Part shown: positions 39,669 to 51,057 of the stretch, piece after piece
Numbering within the stretch: position 1 is the stretch's first letter
Layout of the letters: the number at the start of each line of letters is the position of its first letter
Source: an uncultured virus (IMG/VR IMGVR_UViG_3300030101_003124)
Taxonomy: Duplodnaviria; Heunggongvirae; Uroviricota; Caudoviricetes; Crassvirales
DNA length: 64,000 nt
Strand: one strand, 5' to 3'
IMG/VR virus record: IMGVR_UViG_3300030101_003124
Span: 1 to 64,000 of that record
Notes under the pieces: generated by a model
What the model was told of the DNA's origin: nothing
The model's input: only the letters and a program-made list of their open reading frames with translations
Databases searched by the model: none
Translations under genes and position numbers: made by a program

Positions 39669-41063
39669 ATGACACAAGAAGAATACAATAAAGCAATGAA
39701 ACAAAGAGCGTCTGGCGGTTATGCTAACACAAGCATAAACAAGGTACCTTATGCTACATCTACTGACTTAATAAACATAGATAGAAGAGTTGTACAGAGT
39801 CGTAACGACATGGGTATGAACTATAAAGAGCTAGGTGAAGTATTAAATCCTTTAATTTCTGATGCGCAAAGAAGAACTGATGCTGCTAGTAGACAATACT
39901 TATTAGACAAAGCAAATAAAAAAAATGAAAGAAAACTACGTAGAGCAGCTGCTAAAGCTGAAGTAGATAAAATGCCTTCCTTGGATTTAAGTAAAATACC
40001 ACCACAGTTTCAACCTATGTTGACACAAATGTTAATGCAAGATAAAATGACTTTTGCAAATAATGCTAAAGTTATTGCAGAAGGCGATCCATATTCAGAA
40101 GAGTATATGAATGCTAAAACTGGCAACGCTGGTATTATAGCTAACGCTAATAAATACAATAACTACTTTACTAATATGCAGGAAGAAAACATCGGTTATT
40201 TAAAAGATTTTGACGGTGGTATGATTTCTGAATCTAACAGTGATAAAGATCTTCATATTATAGACCAAATAAGAAGAAATAAAGCTCAAATAACAATGGA
40301 CGAAAATAAAAACATTGTTTATAATGTCGATTATAATGGAGAAGTGCTTAGTATACCTCAAGATCAAATTCCTGATTATAGACTAGAAGATGCTGAAGGA
40401 GCAACTGCTTATCTAGACATGTATCAAAAGTATATAGACAATGGTAATAGATATGGTATTCCTTATGACGATGCTAGTGTTAGATTAAAACTTATGAATA
40501 TGTTTAAAGGTAATAGAGATCGTTTATTATCTATGGCATATGATGATGTTGGTTCTACTGGTTTAAGTTTTGATGAGTGGTACGATAACGAGATTTTAGA
40601 AGGCAGAAAACAACCTGTTGATTGGATAGCACCACAAAACGAAGATTTATTAAGAAAAGAGCTAACTGATTATTATGCTGGTGTAATATCTAGTGGTGTT
40701 GGTACAGCTGTTGGTAATTATAATGCTAGAAAAAATCCTGATGATGATAAACCTGACTTTTCTCAATCTCAATTGGAGATGTTACAATGGATGAAAACTA
40801 ACGACGATCCAACTATATCGTTGACAATTGATGATTGGCAAAGTAATGTTTTCGCTGGAAGTAACTATGTAATTGTTCCTTTGCCTGATGGAGTTGGAAT
40901 TTATGATAAAAGAATGAATCAAGGTATGATGAAAACTTCTGATCCTAAATCCGCAGACTGGTTTTCTAAAAATATACTTTTTGATAAAAAAATGAAAGGC
41001 ACAAGCGTAAAAGATTTTATGAAGTACATAAGAAGACTAATAGCTCAAGGCGAACTTAAATAA
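39669..41063 (+). CDS. Putative internal virion protein, 464 aa
   Basis: Helical; between the pilot-like gene and the giant virion gene. Confidence 0.6.
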   Translation: MTQEEYNKAMKQRASGGYANTSINKVPYATSTDLINIDRRVVQSRNDMGMNYKELGEVLNPLISDAQRRTDAASRQYLLDKANKKNERKLRRAAAKAEVDKMPSLDLSKIPPQFQPMLTQMLMQDKMTFANNAKVIAEGDPYSEEYMNAKTGNAGIIANANKYNNYFTNMQEENIGYLKDFDGGMISESNSDKDLHIIDQIRRNKAQITMDENKNIVYNVDYNGEVLSIPQDQIPDYRLEDAEGATAYLDMYQKYIDNGNRYGIPYDDASVRLKLMNMFKGNRDRLLSMAYDDVGSTGLSFDEWYDNEILEGRKQPVDWIAPQNEDLLRKELTDYYAGVISSGVGTAVGNYNARKNPDDDKPDFSQSQLEMLQWMKTNDDPTISLTIDDWQSNVFAGSNYVIVPLPDGVGIYDKRMNQGMMKTSDPKSADWFSKNILFDKKMKGTSVKDFMKYIRRLIAQGELK

Positions 41064-41069
41064 TAAAAC

Positions 41070-44000
41070 ATGTCAAATCATAATTACGAAGATTTATTGA
41101 CTTGGTGGAATACACCACAAGAAGATCCTATTATAGACCCTGATCTTCCTAAACCCTTTGATATAGCTAATCAACCAAACCCACGTATATTTGCTGGTGG
41201 TGGAATGGACGCTAAATTTAAGCCACAAGCTGTATACGATCAAGAGGAAGAAAACAGAAAGCAAAACAAAATAAAAGAAAACAAAAGAATAAACGACGTT
41301 AATTTTGTAAACCAGTATAATGGTGCTAAACAACCTATAATGGATTGGTTAAATAATCCTGAAAATATAGCTAACATCTATGGTGTTGACGTTGATCAAT
41401 ACGATAACGTAGTTCAATGGAAAAACATACTAAGAGGATATGATGATCAAGCTGAAGGTGATGCTGATGCTTATAAAAAAATAGCAAAAGAATTAAAAAA
41501 ACAATTCGGTGATCAAAACTGGTACGGTGGTTTTGAGCAAAAAGAAGGTTACGAAAACCTATTAGAAAGAGACTTAGACAAACTAATAAAATACGGTATT
41601 GAGAAAAAAGTATCAGAAGAAGATAATTTAAATAAAGATACTAATAAAAAAAGATTAAACTCTGAAATAGTAAAAAGAGCTGAAGATCCTAAGTTTAATA
41701 GTGAAGGCGCTATTGTTGCCACCTATGAAGAATACGATTATTTAGCATCAACTCCAGCTGAACAAAATGTAATGGATATTACAAAACAGCTAAAAAAATC
41801 CATGGCAGGTGAAACCATTGAAGATGAAAATGGTAATATTCTTACACCTGAAATCCTACAACAAAAATTAAAGAAAGCATATGATGAGCTTAATAAAAGC
41901 GAATATGGTAATAATGTTAAAAACCTATATGACTGGGATGGTAATCCTATTGAAACTTTAGATAAAACAAAAGATTCATACGAGTTTACAGAAGAAGAAA
42001 TAAATGCTTATAAAGAAATAATAGAAAACGGTGGTCAACTAACAGAACCTACATACGCAGAGCATATAAGATCATTAAGAGAGGGTAAGTTCAAAGAACT
42101 TGCTTTAAATGACTTTGAGGGTGAAGACATGTATGATGTTGTCGTTAATGATCCTGAAGCTTGGGAAGTATTAAAAGAATATAAAACAGGTGCTGTAGAA
42201 AATGGTTTTACTTATAGAGTACCTATGAGTGTATTAAGTAAAAATTTTAGTAGAACAATAGCTACTGATGGTGATAGTGCTGGTGGATCAAACGTGATAA
42301 CTGGAGAGGAACAAGCTGCTATAGAACAAGGTACTGGACAAAATATAATAACTGGTAATAATTTTGATTCACCATTAGGTTATTTTGGTTTATTAGAAAA
42401 TGATAAAAAACAAGAATTTGGTTGGTTAGAAAGAAATTTTTACGATGAGGATTTATTTAGTGATAAAGACTTGTCAAGAGCATTTAAATTAAAAGTTAGA
42501 GACCACAGAGATAACAGAAAACAAATACTTTTAGAAAAAGAAGTGTTAAGACAAATGGATGCAATGAACATTGATCCAACACAAAAACTAGAAGGACAAG
42601 GCTTTAAAGACTTTATGAAACAAGGTTTACTTAAAGCTGGTGAAGGTTTTAAAGGCGATTTAGCACAATGGGCAGGTTTTGATAAAGTATTTGAAAAATA
42701 CGATGAAGACAGTTACAATAAAGTTTATAAAAGAGATATATACACTATACGAAAAGAAAAAGACGTTGTACAAACATTAGAAGATACTTATGGTGGTGTT
42801 GTAACTGAAGAAATGAAAAAGAGACTTGACAGGTCAGTTGGTTATAAAACATGGGAAGGTTTTACTGGTTTTATACCTGCGTTAGCAGAGTTTGCTGCTA
42901 TAGATGTTGCTGCTAAAAAAGTTGGTGTATTTACAGGTATACCTAAATTAGCTAAAAACTTATATAAAGCCGGTAGAGGTGCTGGCATGAGTGTTAAGTC
43001 TTCTAGAGGATTAGCACACACAACCAACTTTGTATTACATGCTATGTACGAAGAAGCTAAAATGAAAGCTGCTTTTGACGAATATTATCATATGGGTGGT
43101 GGCGTTGCTTTTTACTCTATAGGAAAAGCTTTACCATTTTTAAAATCTGCAAGCCCTACATTAAACAACGTTGTTAACAATATAGGTAGAGGTGGTATAG
43201 CCGGTACGTTATCTGTTCAAGGTGCACAAAACCTTGAGGCGTTAGTTGAAGATTTAAAAGGTAATAAAACCTTTATGTCTCATTTAGAAGAAACTTACTT
43301 TAATGAAAACGATGAGTTTAAACTATCAGACACAGCACAAACAGCTTTAGTTGACTTTTTAGTATTTGGTACTTTAGGTATAAGAGGTATGGCTAAACAA
43401 GGTGGTCAAATAAGAAAAGGTTATGATGGTCTTGGTAAAATACCAGCCTCATTAGGTATAGCTCCTGTAAGATCACAAACGTTAAGAGGTAAAGTTTGGT
43501 GGAAAGGTATTGAGCAAGTTAGAAACGAATCAGTTGCTGTAACAAAACAAATAAATGAACAGATTTCATTTTTAGAAAATCAAATGAAAACCTTAGAAGG
43601 TAATAATCCAACCACAAAACAGAGATTAGAAAAATTAAAAGCAGATAGAAAAAAATATCAAGAGCTTTATATAAACTCAGAGAATATGTTGATGACAGCA
43701 TATAGATTTGAAGACTGGCAAGATGATGCTAAAGCAACAGAGCACGTTAATAAAGTTTTTGATAATGTAAAAACTATTATTGATCCTGAAGGTAATTTAG
43801 AAATGATTGCTGGTAAAGAAGCACCTAAGTGGGTTACAGACAAAACTGCTGCAGCTGAAATAAACGCTGCTAGAAACAGAATATGGATAAACACTAACAA
43901 AGCAGAACCTGGTAAATTACCTCATGAAATAGTACATTACGCATTTAAAGAACTTATAAAAAGAAATCCTGATGTAGCTGCACAATTAAGAACACAGCTA

Positions 44001-47000
44001 GAAAAAGTTTTTGATAAAAAGAAAATGTTTGACATGAAAGGTAACGAGTTCTTTATTAAAGATATTGTAGAAGGATATAAATTTACTGAAGAAAGAAAAG
44101 GAGCGCTTGAATTAGAGGGTAAAACAAAAGAACAAATAAAAACAGAAGAAAAGAAATTATTAAATGAAGAGTATGTTGCTTATGTATTTGAAGCTTTAGC
44201 TAATCCAAGAAATTACAGTAGGTTTGTAACGTCTGAAAAATATAAAGACCTAGGCAAGTGGTCTGAAGGTTTAATGGAAAAATTTGGCGTTGATTATAAA
44301 ATAAAAACAAAAGAAGATTTAGTTAATTTCTTTTATAGTCTATCACAAGGTTTATCAAAAGGTAAAGTAACTCAAAAACAATGGGATATTTTTAATAATA
44401 TAGATAAACAACACTGGTTAAAAGAACCTATTGGTTCAGATATGAGAACTAGAAAATCTGAAGCTGAAGGCTTTGCTGTAGAAACATCTTCTAAAAATTT
44501 ACAAGAACTTGCTAAAAAATCAAAATCAACACAAGATAGGTTTAATCAGTTAAAAGAAAAATACGATGGAAATATAGATCAAGTGTTAAAAGAACTTTTA
44601 CTACCTGATCCAGCAAAACCAACTACATCTGTTAGTAAAGAGTTTGACGGTATTGTATATAACGTTATTGATTCTTATAATCAAAGGATGGTTAGAAAAG
44701 GTGCTCCTGATCTACAAGTAACAGACCCAGCTGATAGATACATGCTAGCTACAGAATTAGTTTATGATTTATCAAGAGGTAAAAACAGAGGTTTAGAGTC
44801 TATAATTAAAACATATGATCCAGCCGCTTTTGGTAAAACAGAAGCTCAATACCCTTTAACAAAACATGTTATGCAGCAGTTAGCGCTACGTGTATTTGAA
44901 ATAAAAGAAGGTAGTTTAGATGTTGGTAAATCTGGAGGTTTTGATATTAGCTTGTCTGATCCTGATATTGCTAGAAATTTAGAAAACAAATATTTAAGCG
45001 GAGAGTCTTTTGATTTTAGACCAAAAGAAAGTGAACCAGCAAAAGCATTTAACGCTTTAAACGAGGGTATACGTATAAGTGAAATTACTAAAGCTCCTTC
45101 TTCTATAAAAACCCAAGATGTTATAGATTATGTAAAAGGTATAAAACCTGAAAACTATATAAAAGATTTATCTTTTAATAGTATAGGTAAAGCTTTTGAA
45201 AAAGTTACTGAAGATGGTTTGTATGAAGCTATGAATGTTACTCGTGATATGAAGCCAGCTGAGTTTGTAAATAATTTTAAAGAAGCATTTGATAATATAG
45301 GTGAAAAAAATGCACATGTGTTTTTGCCTAAAACATCTAATGAAAAGTTTTATCAACCTACAAACATAAACAAAAGTATATTTAAATCTATATATACTAA
45401 AACAAACGAAAAGTTTAAAAGTAATGAAATGCCTGAGTGGTCAGAAACTAACGCTAGAACACTTAAGTATACTAAAAACGATTATGTAGAAGGTCAACTA
45501 GAAAACATTATATTTAACAAAAGAGATAATGTAGCTATTAAAAAAGCAGCACAACAGTTTATAACATATATAAGTAAACCTAAGTCATCACAAGATTTTA
45601 GAGAAAAACTAAATGATCCAATGGTTCAAGATTTTATGAAAAAACAAGCTCCTGAAGCATATCATAAACTTACATTTGAAGATATTTATAATAGTTATAT
45701 TAAAGAAAAAATTGAAGGAGCAACACCAAAAGGTTTGCAGTCAAAAGATTTAAGCGAGTTGGCTAAAAAAGAAATAGGTGTTTGGAATAAGTTTAAACAA
45801 AGTATAAGAACACATAATTGGAATGATTATGAAAACACGGGTGAAGCATGGGAAAACTTAAAATTAAAATTTAGTACAGCTGATCAAAAAGTTTTAGATA
45901 AACACTGGGATAAAATAAGTGGTGAAAACGGTTATAAAATAAGTAGTGACGTTGTAAAAAACTTAAACGATAGAATGACAGCTATGCAGTCACTAGGTCT
46001 TACAGCTAAAGTAAAACCATTTGTGCCTATTTCTTTTCCTGACAAATACGTGGGAATAAATAGAGAGATAAATAGAGTTTTACAAGAAAAAGGTTGGGAT
46101 GCAAAAGATATTCAAAGACTAGAGTTTAACATTACCGACAAAAATGGTAAAATAAAAACAATGACAGATAGAGTAAAAGATCCTGTTTTTAATGAAAAGT
46201 TTTACTCTGAAATGGCTGAGATTGCAAAAACAATGGATCCTGCTATTGCTAAATTATTTACTAATAGTTTAGGTCATGGACAATACAAAACACCTTTATT
46301 AAATTTTGAAAAAGCAGATTATACTAAGGAAGGTTATTTGTCAGCTAGTCATAGAAAAAGAACTTATGATGGTTTAGGAACAAAAGAAAAATTAGATTTT
46401 AATCCAGCACATGTTAAATTAACTGATAACGTAAATGTTAAAAAGAAACACGATCAGTTGTTAGAAACTATTGACACGTCTACTCCTGCTGGTAAAAAGA
46501 GATATGCTAAAGCAATGTCTGACTTTTTAACTAAAAAAGGTGTTACATTAGAACAAACGGAAATAGCTAACGAAAAAGCATTAAACTATATAAAAGGCAA
46601 GTTGTTTGACTACTATGCTGGTTCTAAGGATAAAGCTTCTGCTTTAAGTAGTATACATCATCTTTTACAACTACAAACAAGTATAGGTCAAGGTTTTGCT
46701 AGAGGTTTAGCTACTCACAATGCCGGTGTTATAGACAAAGGTATGATTGATCCTGAAACTGGTAAAAGGATGTATAGAAGTGAGCATGAACTTCAAGTAG
46801 CTAATTTTAATGGTAACTCTTTAATTAAACTTCTTGAATCTAAAACAAAAGAAGAATATTTAAAAGAAATTGGAAAACTAACGGCTAAATATAGACAAAG
46901 TATAATACCTGAACAATTAAGAAAAATTGTAGATAACCCTGAGTTTGGCGGTAATACAGGTTTGTTAAAAGGGTATAATAGTAATATATCTGCTAAAGCA

Positions 47001-49817
47001 AATTTTATGCTAAATGAAATTGTAATGGAAAAAACAATAGATTTTAAAACAGGTAAGTCGTACAAACAACTAGTTGAAGAATCTGTAAATATAGCTACAA
47101 GCTATAAAACAGTAAACAAGATAAAACAAAATCTTTTAGAAAATTTAAATAAAAGATTTCCAGGCATGAAGTCTTTAGATTTATCTTCACCAGAATTAAT
47201 GAAAAAAATAGCAGAGGTTAATGATGTTATTACATTAATGGGTATAAAAGGTAGAAAAAGACAAGGTATTAGTATATTTGACTTTGATGACACATTAGCT
47301 AAGTCAAATAGTAAGGTATTAGTTACAATGCCTGATGGTAAGAAGTTTAAAATAAATGCTACTGAATTTGCTAAGCGAGATGCTGAGTTAACGGAAAAAG
47401 GGGCTAAATATGATTTTAGTGAATTTAATAAAGTTATACAAGGTAAAAAAGGTCCTTTAGCGGATTTAGCTTTAAAGCGACAAGATAAGTTTGGAAGCGG
47501 TGATATATTTGTATTAACAGCAAGACCACAACAATCAGCTAAGTCTATACATAAATTTTTAAAGAGTATAGGGTTAGAAATACCACTAGAAAACATAACA
47601 GGTTTAGAAAATGGAACACCAGCTGCAAAAGCAATGTGGGTTTTAAACAAAGCATCTAAAGGTTATAATGATTTTTATTTTGCTGATGATGCTATTAAAA
47701 ATGTAAAAGCTGTAAAACAAGTATTAGATTTAATAGATGTTAAAGGTGATGTTCAACAAGCAATGCAGTCAAAAGACCTTGACAAACTTATTAACGACAT
47801 GGTCGAAAGAAAATTTGGTATTGGATCACAAAAAGTTTATTCACCTAGTAAAGCTCAAGTCATGGGTGCTAAAAGTGGTAAGTTTCAATTTATGGCCTCT
47901 TCTGCTCAAGATTTTCAAGGTTTATGGTATAGACTTTTAGGTAAAGGAAAACAAGGTGATTTAGATAAAAAGTTTTTTGAAGATAATCTACAGAAACCAT
48001 ACAACAGAGCAGAAAACAAATTATCTAGCGATAGAATGAATATGATAAATGATTTTAACGCTATGAAAAAACAATTAGTTGAAGCTGGAATACCTAAAGA
48101 TTTAATGAAAGAAATACCAGGTGAGCCTTATACAATTCAACAAGCTATAAGAGTTTATACTTGGGCTAAGTCTGGTTACGAAATACCTAACTTATCAAAA
48201 GCTGATCAAAAAATGATGGTTGATTATGTAAATTCAAAACCTGCTTTAGCTAGATTTTCTCAACAATTAATAAATTTAAACGGTGGTAATGGTTATATAA
48301 AACCAACTGAGTCTTGGTTAGCTGGAACAATAACAACAGACTTACATAAAAACTTAAATGAAAATAAAAGAGCTGAGTATTTACAAGAGTGGCAACAAAA
48401 TGTTGATATAATATTTAGTCCTAAAAACATGAATAAGTTTGAGGCTGCTTTAGGTAGTAACTGGAGAGCTGCTATGGAGAACATGTTACAAAGAATGAAA
48501 ACTGGTAGCAACAGGCCTGGTCCTTTATTAAGTGGTAAGGCTGGTCAAATGGAACAAAGAGCTCTTGACTGGGTGAACAACTCTGTTGGCGCTATAATGT
48601 TCTTGAACTCTAAATCAGCTTTATTACAAACAATATCTACTATAAACTATGTTAACTGGACAGATAATAATCCTCTTCAGTTTTCTAAAGCTATAGCAAA
48701 CCAAAAACAGTTTTGGAAAGATTACACATATTTAATGAACTCTGATTTCTTAGTAGAAAGAAGGGGTGGTAATAGAATAAATGTTGCTGAAAATGAAATA
48801 GCAGAAGCTGCTAATAAAAATGGTGTTGAAGGTGCTATAAGTTATTTACTCAATAAAGGTTTTGTATTAACAAGAGCAGCTGATAGTCATGCTATTGCTT
48901 CTGGTGGTGCTGCTTTTTATAGAAACAGAACTAACAGATACATTAAAGAAGGTATGAGTAAAGCTGAAGCAGAGAAAAAAGCATTTGATGATTTTAGAGA
49001 AATAACAGAAGAGTCACAGCAGTCAAGTAGAGCTGATAGAATATCAATGCAACAAGCTAGTCATTTAGGTAGATTAGTTTTATCGTTTGCTAACACTCCA
49101 TCTCAGTATGCTAGAATAATGCAAAGAGCCGCTGATGATCTTAAAAACGGTAGAGGTGATGCTAGAGAGCATATGTCTAAAATAGCTTATTATGGTTTTA
49201 TACAAAACCTAATGTTTAACGGCTTACAAAACGCTTTATTTAGAGATGCATTTGATGATAATGAAAAAATAGACGGTGACTATGTTAGAACAGCTAATGG
49301 TATGGCTGAAAGTATATTAAGAGGTATGGGTTGGCAAGGTGCCGCTGTGAATACAGTTAGAAGTATGATGTATGCTGCTATAAAAGAAAGTCAAAAGAAA
49401 AGATCTAAATATGCTAACGTAGGTTATAATATAATGGACATGGCTCCACCTATAGATTCTAAAGTATCTAAACTAAGATCTGCTGGTTTAAAATTAGATT
49501 ATGAAATGGATCAAATAAAAGAAAAAGGATTTTTAGATCCTACAAACCCTGCTTACATGTCTCTTGGTCAAGTTGTATCAGCTACGACAAACGTTCCTTT
49601 AGACAGATTATTTATAAAATACAATAACATAGAAGCTGCGTTAAGAGAAGATACAGAAGACTGGCAACGTATAGCTTTATTACTAGGTTGGACAGAGTGG
49701 CAACTTGGCATGTTAGATAAAGACGAAACAGAGGATTTAAAAGATCTTATAAGGGAAATTGGTGAAAGATCAGTCGGAGAAAGAGAAATTGGTGAGAGAA
49801 CAATACAAGAACGTTAA
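41070..49817 (+). CDS. Giant multidomain internal virion protein (2915 aa) with zincin-like and HAD-like domains
   Basis: LPHEIVHY..NEEYVA; ISIFDFDDTLA..FVLTARP..FYFADDAIKNV. Confidence 0.75.
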   Translation: MSNHNYEDLLTWWNTPQEDPIIDPDLPKPFDIANQPNPRIFAGGGMDAKFKPQAVYDQEEENRKQNKIKENKRINDVNFVNQYNGAKQPIMDWLNNPENIANIYGVDVDQYDNVVQWKNILRGYDDQAEGDADAYKKIAKELKKQFGDQNWYGGFEQKEGYENLLERDLDKLIKYGIEKKVSEEDNLNKDTNKKRLNSEIVKRAEDPKFNSEGAIVATYEEYDYLASTPAEQNVMDITKQLKKSMAGETIEDENGNILTPEILQQKLKKAYDELNKSEYGNNVKNLYDWDGNPIETLDKTKDSYEFTEEEINAYKEIIENGGQLTEPTYAEHIRSLREGKFKELALNDFEGEDMYDVVVNDPEAWEVLKEYKTGAVENGFTYRVPMSVLSKNFSRTIATDGDSAGGSNVITGEEQAAIEQGTGQNIITGNNFDSPLGYFGLLENDKKQEFGWLERNFYDEDLFSDKDLSRAFKLKVRDHRDNRKQILLEKEVLRQMDAMNIDPTQKLEGQGFKDFMKQGLLKAGEGFKGDLAQWAGFDKVFEKYDEDSYNKVYKRDIYTIRKEKDVVQTLEDTYGGVVTEEMKKRLDRSVGYKTWEGFTGFIPALAEFAAIDVAAKKVGVFTGIPKLAKNLYKAGRGAGMSVKSSRGLAHTTNFVLHAMYEEAKMKAAFDEYYHMGGGVAFYSIGKALPFLKSASPTLNNVVNNIGRGGIAGTLSVQGAQNLEALVEDLKGNKTFMSHLEETYFNENDEFKLSDTAQTALVDFLVFGTLGIRGMAKQGGQIRKGYDGLGKIPASLGIAPVRSQTLRGKVWWKGIEQVRNESVAVTKQINEQISFLENQMKTLEGNNPTTKQRLEKLKADRKKYQELYINSENMLMTAYRFEDWQDDAKATEHVNKVFDNVKTIIDPEGNLEMIAGKEAPKWVTDKTAAAEINAARNRIWINTNKAEPGKLPHEIVHYAFKELIKRNPDVAAQLRTQLEKVFDKKKMFDMKGNEFFIKDIVEGYKFTEERKGALELEGKTKEQIKTEEKKLLNEEYVAYVFEALANPRNYSRFVTSEKYKDLGKWSEGLMEKFGVDYKIKTKEDLVNFFYSLSQGLSKGKVTQKQWDIFNNIDKQHWLKEPIGSDMRTRKSEAEGFAVETSSKNLQELAKKSKSTQDRFNQLKEKYDGNIDQVLKELLLPDPAKPTTSVSKEFDGIVYNVIDSYNQRMVRKGAPDLQVTDPADRYMLATELVYDLSRGKNRGLESIIKTYDPAAFGKTEAQYPLTKHVMQQLALRVFEIKEGSLDVGKSGGFDISLSDPDIARNLENKYLSGESFDFRPKESEPAKAFNALNEGIRISEITKAPSSIKTQDVIDYVKGIKPENYIKDLSFNSIGKAFEKVTEDGLYEAMNVTRDMKPAEFVNNFKEAFDNIGEKNAHVFLPKTSNEKFYQPTNINKSIFKSIYTKTNEKFKSNEMPEWSETNARTLKYTKNDYVEGQLENIIFNKRDNVAIKKAAQQFITYISKPKSSQDFREKLNDPMVQDFMKKQAPEAYHKLTFEDIYNSYIKEKIEGATPKGLQSKDLSELAKKEIGVWNKFKQSIRTHNWNDYENTGEAWENLKLKFSTADQKVLDKHWDKISGENGYKISSDVVKNLNDRMTAMQSLGLTAKVKPFVPISFPDKYVGINREINRVLQEKGWDAKDIQRLEFNITDKNGKIKTMTDRVKDPVFNEKFYSEMAEIAKTMDPAIAKLFTNSLGHGQYKTPLLNFEKADYTKEGYLSASHRKRTYDGLGTKEKLDFNPAHVKLTDNVNVKKKHDQLLETIDTSTPAGKKRYAKAMSDFLTKKGVTLEQTEIANEKALNYIKGKLFDYYAGSKDKASALSSIHHLLQLQTSIGQGFARGLATHNAGVIDKGMIDPETGKRMYRSEHELQVANFNGNSLIKLLESKTKEEYLKEIGKLTAKYRQSIIPEQLRKIVDNPEFGGNTGLLKGYNSNISAKANFMLNEIVMEKTIDFKTGKSYKQLVEESVNIATSYKTVNKIKQNLLENLNKRFPGMKSLDLSSPELMKKIAEVNDVITLMGIKGRKRQGISIFDFDDTLAKSNSKVLVTMPDGKKFKINATEFAKRDAELTEKGAKYDFSEFNKVIQGKKGPLADLALKRQDKFGSGDIFVLTARPQQSAKSIHKFLKSIGLEIPLENITGLENGTPAAKAMWVLNKASKGYNDFYFADDAIKNVKAVKQVLDLIDVKGDVQQAMQSKDLDKLINDMVERKFGIGSQKVYSPSKAQVMGAKSGKFQFMASSAQDFQGLWYRLLGKGKQGDLDKKFFEDNLQKPYNRAENKLSSDRMNMINDFNAMKKQLVEAGIPKDLMKEIPGEPYTIQQAIRVYTWAKSGYEIPNLSKADQKMMVDYVNSKPALARFSQQLINLNGGNGYIKPTESWLAGTITTDLHKNLNENKRAEYLQEWQQNVDIIFSPKNMNKFEAALGSNWRAAMENMLQRMKTGSNRPGPLLSGKAGQMEQRALDWVNNSVGAIMFLNSKSALLQTISTINYVNWTDNNPLQFSKAIANQKQFWKDYTYLMNSDFLVERRGGNRINVAENEIAEAANKNGVEGAISYLLNKGFVLTRAADSHAIASGGAAFYRNRTNRYIKEGMSKAEAEKKAFDDFREITEESQQSSRADRISMQQASHLGRLVLSFANTPSQYARIMQRAADDLKNGRGDAREHMSKIAYYGFIQNLMFNGLQNALFRDAFDDNEKIDGDYVRTANGMAESILRGMGWQGAAVNTVRSMMYAAIKESQKKRSKYANVGYNIMDMAPPIDSKVSKLRSAGLKLDYEMDQIKEKGFLDPTNPAYMSLGQVVSATTNVPLDRLFIKYNNIEAALREDTEDWQRIALLLGWTEWQLGMLDKDETEDLKDLIREIGERSVGEREIGERTIQER

Positions 49818-49860
49818 AAAAAACTAAAAACAAGTAATAATAAAATAAAACCCCTACAAC

Positions 49861-51057
49861 ATGAGACAATTGCTAATTATAGTATTTTTACTATCAAATA
49901 TCACTGTTTTTGCACAAGAAAACAAAAAAAGTATATTTAAATCAATTTATGATGAATTTTTTAAATATAGTACTTTTTACATAGCTGGTGATATAGATAA
50001 TCCAAAAGAAGAAGTTAAAGATTATTTTGTAAGAACAAATCCAGATGGTGGTCTGTATGATATACCCGTTGTAGTAGACGGAACAGATTACTATGACTTT
50101 GATTATAGATATGGTTTTGGTGTGCGTAAACTAGCTAGGTTTGATTATGAATTTAAAGGTAAACATTATTATGATGGTACTGAAAGTAGTGTAGGCTTAG
50201 CCGCAACTAATTCACCTGTAAAAGGTTTTGAATATTTATTCCACTGGGAAAAGGAAAGAGAAAGAGACGAAGTATTTGACAATCATAGATATTTTTTAAA
50301 ACATAGTGGTAAATACCATGTTGTTAAAATAGAAAGTAGAAAACAAGGTAAAGTTGATTTTAACTATAAGTCAGCTGAAGTAAAAGCTAAATTACCTATT
50401 GGTAATAAATTTAGTTTATCTGCAGGCGCTATATACCGTACACACGAAAGACCTTATGGATATAATCCTATTGAAATATGGTTAAATGAAACAGAAATAA
50501 TAAACGGTCAAGAATATCCTGTTAACTATTGGTACGAACTAGGTTTCTTATATGGTTATGATGATGTATATTATACACAGCAAGATGAGTTTGGCAACGA
50601 AGTATATGACTGGTATTGGATAGATCCAGATGGAAATATAGTTGCTGATAGTGATTTAGAGTTTCGTGATGGTGTGTTTGCAGATCTTATGAACCGATAC
50701 AATAATGAGATATTTGAAAACATCGATGCGTTTGGTGTAATATCACCTGTTGTCGGTTTTGACTTTTACCACTATAAAAATAATTTCTGGCTCCATGCTT
50801 ATGGTAACTACCTATTACCATATCACAAGTATGTTCAAGGTGACGAAGACTTTAGTTATTTAAATAGAAATAACTGGGGTAAAGGTGGACTAAAACAAGA
50901 TTCTGAGCCAGAACAATGGGAGGATTATCAAGCTGGTGTTGTATTTGGTTGGAAGCTAAGTAAATCAATTGGTTTGTTTGTAGAGGGTGAATATACTAAA
51001 TTCTGGGATAGTAAAATCTATAACAGTTCTGTTGGACTAAATATAACACTAAGATAA
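49861..51057 (+). CDS. Exported protein, probable outer-membrane beta-barrel
   Basis: Sec signal MRQLLIIVFLLSNITVFA-Q; alternating aromatic strands; C-terminal YNSSVGLNITLR. Confidence 0.6.
   Translation: MRQLLIIVFLLSNITVFAQENKKSIFKSIYDEFFKYSTFYIAGDIDNPKEEVKDYFVRTNPDGGLYDIPVVVDGTDYYDFDYRYGFGVRKLARFDYEFKGKHYYDGTESSVGLAATNSPVKGFEYLFHWEKERERDEVFDNHRYFLKHSGKYHVVKIESRKQGKVDFNYKSAEVKAKLPIGNKFSLSAGAIYRTHERPYGYNPIEIWLNETEIINGQEYPVNYWYELGFLYGYDDVYYTQQDEFGNEVYDWYWIDPDGNIVADSDLEFRDGVFADLMNRYNNEIFENIDAFGVISPVVGFDFYHYKNNFWLHAYGNYLLPYHKYVQGDEDFSYLNRNNWGKGGLKQDSEPEQWEDYQAGVVFGWKLSKSIGLFVEGEYTKFWDSKIYNSSVGLNITLR

Noticed and set aside
47271..47297. DFDD in the giant protein as a crAss-like virion RNA polymerase active site
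   Set aside because: The context hhhDxDxT with later LTAR and DD fits HAD motifs; the DxDxD polymerase motif is not present here
47102..47650. 182-aa antisense ORF and the many shorter antisense ORFs in the track
   Set aside because: They mirror sense-strand codon bias, lack leaders and oppose the operon direction
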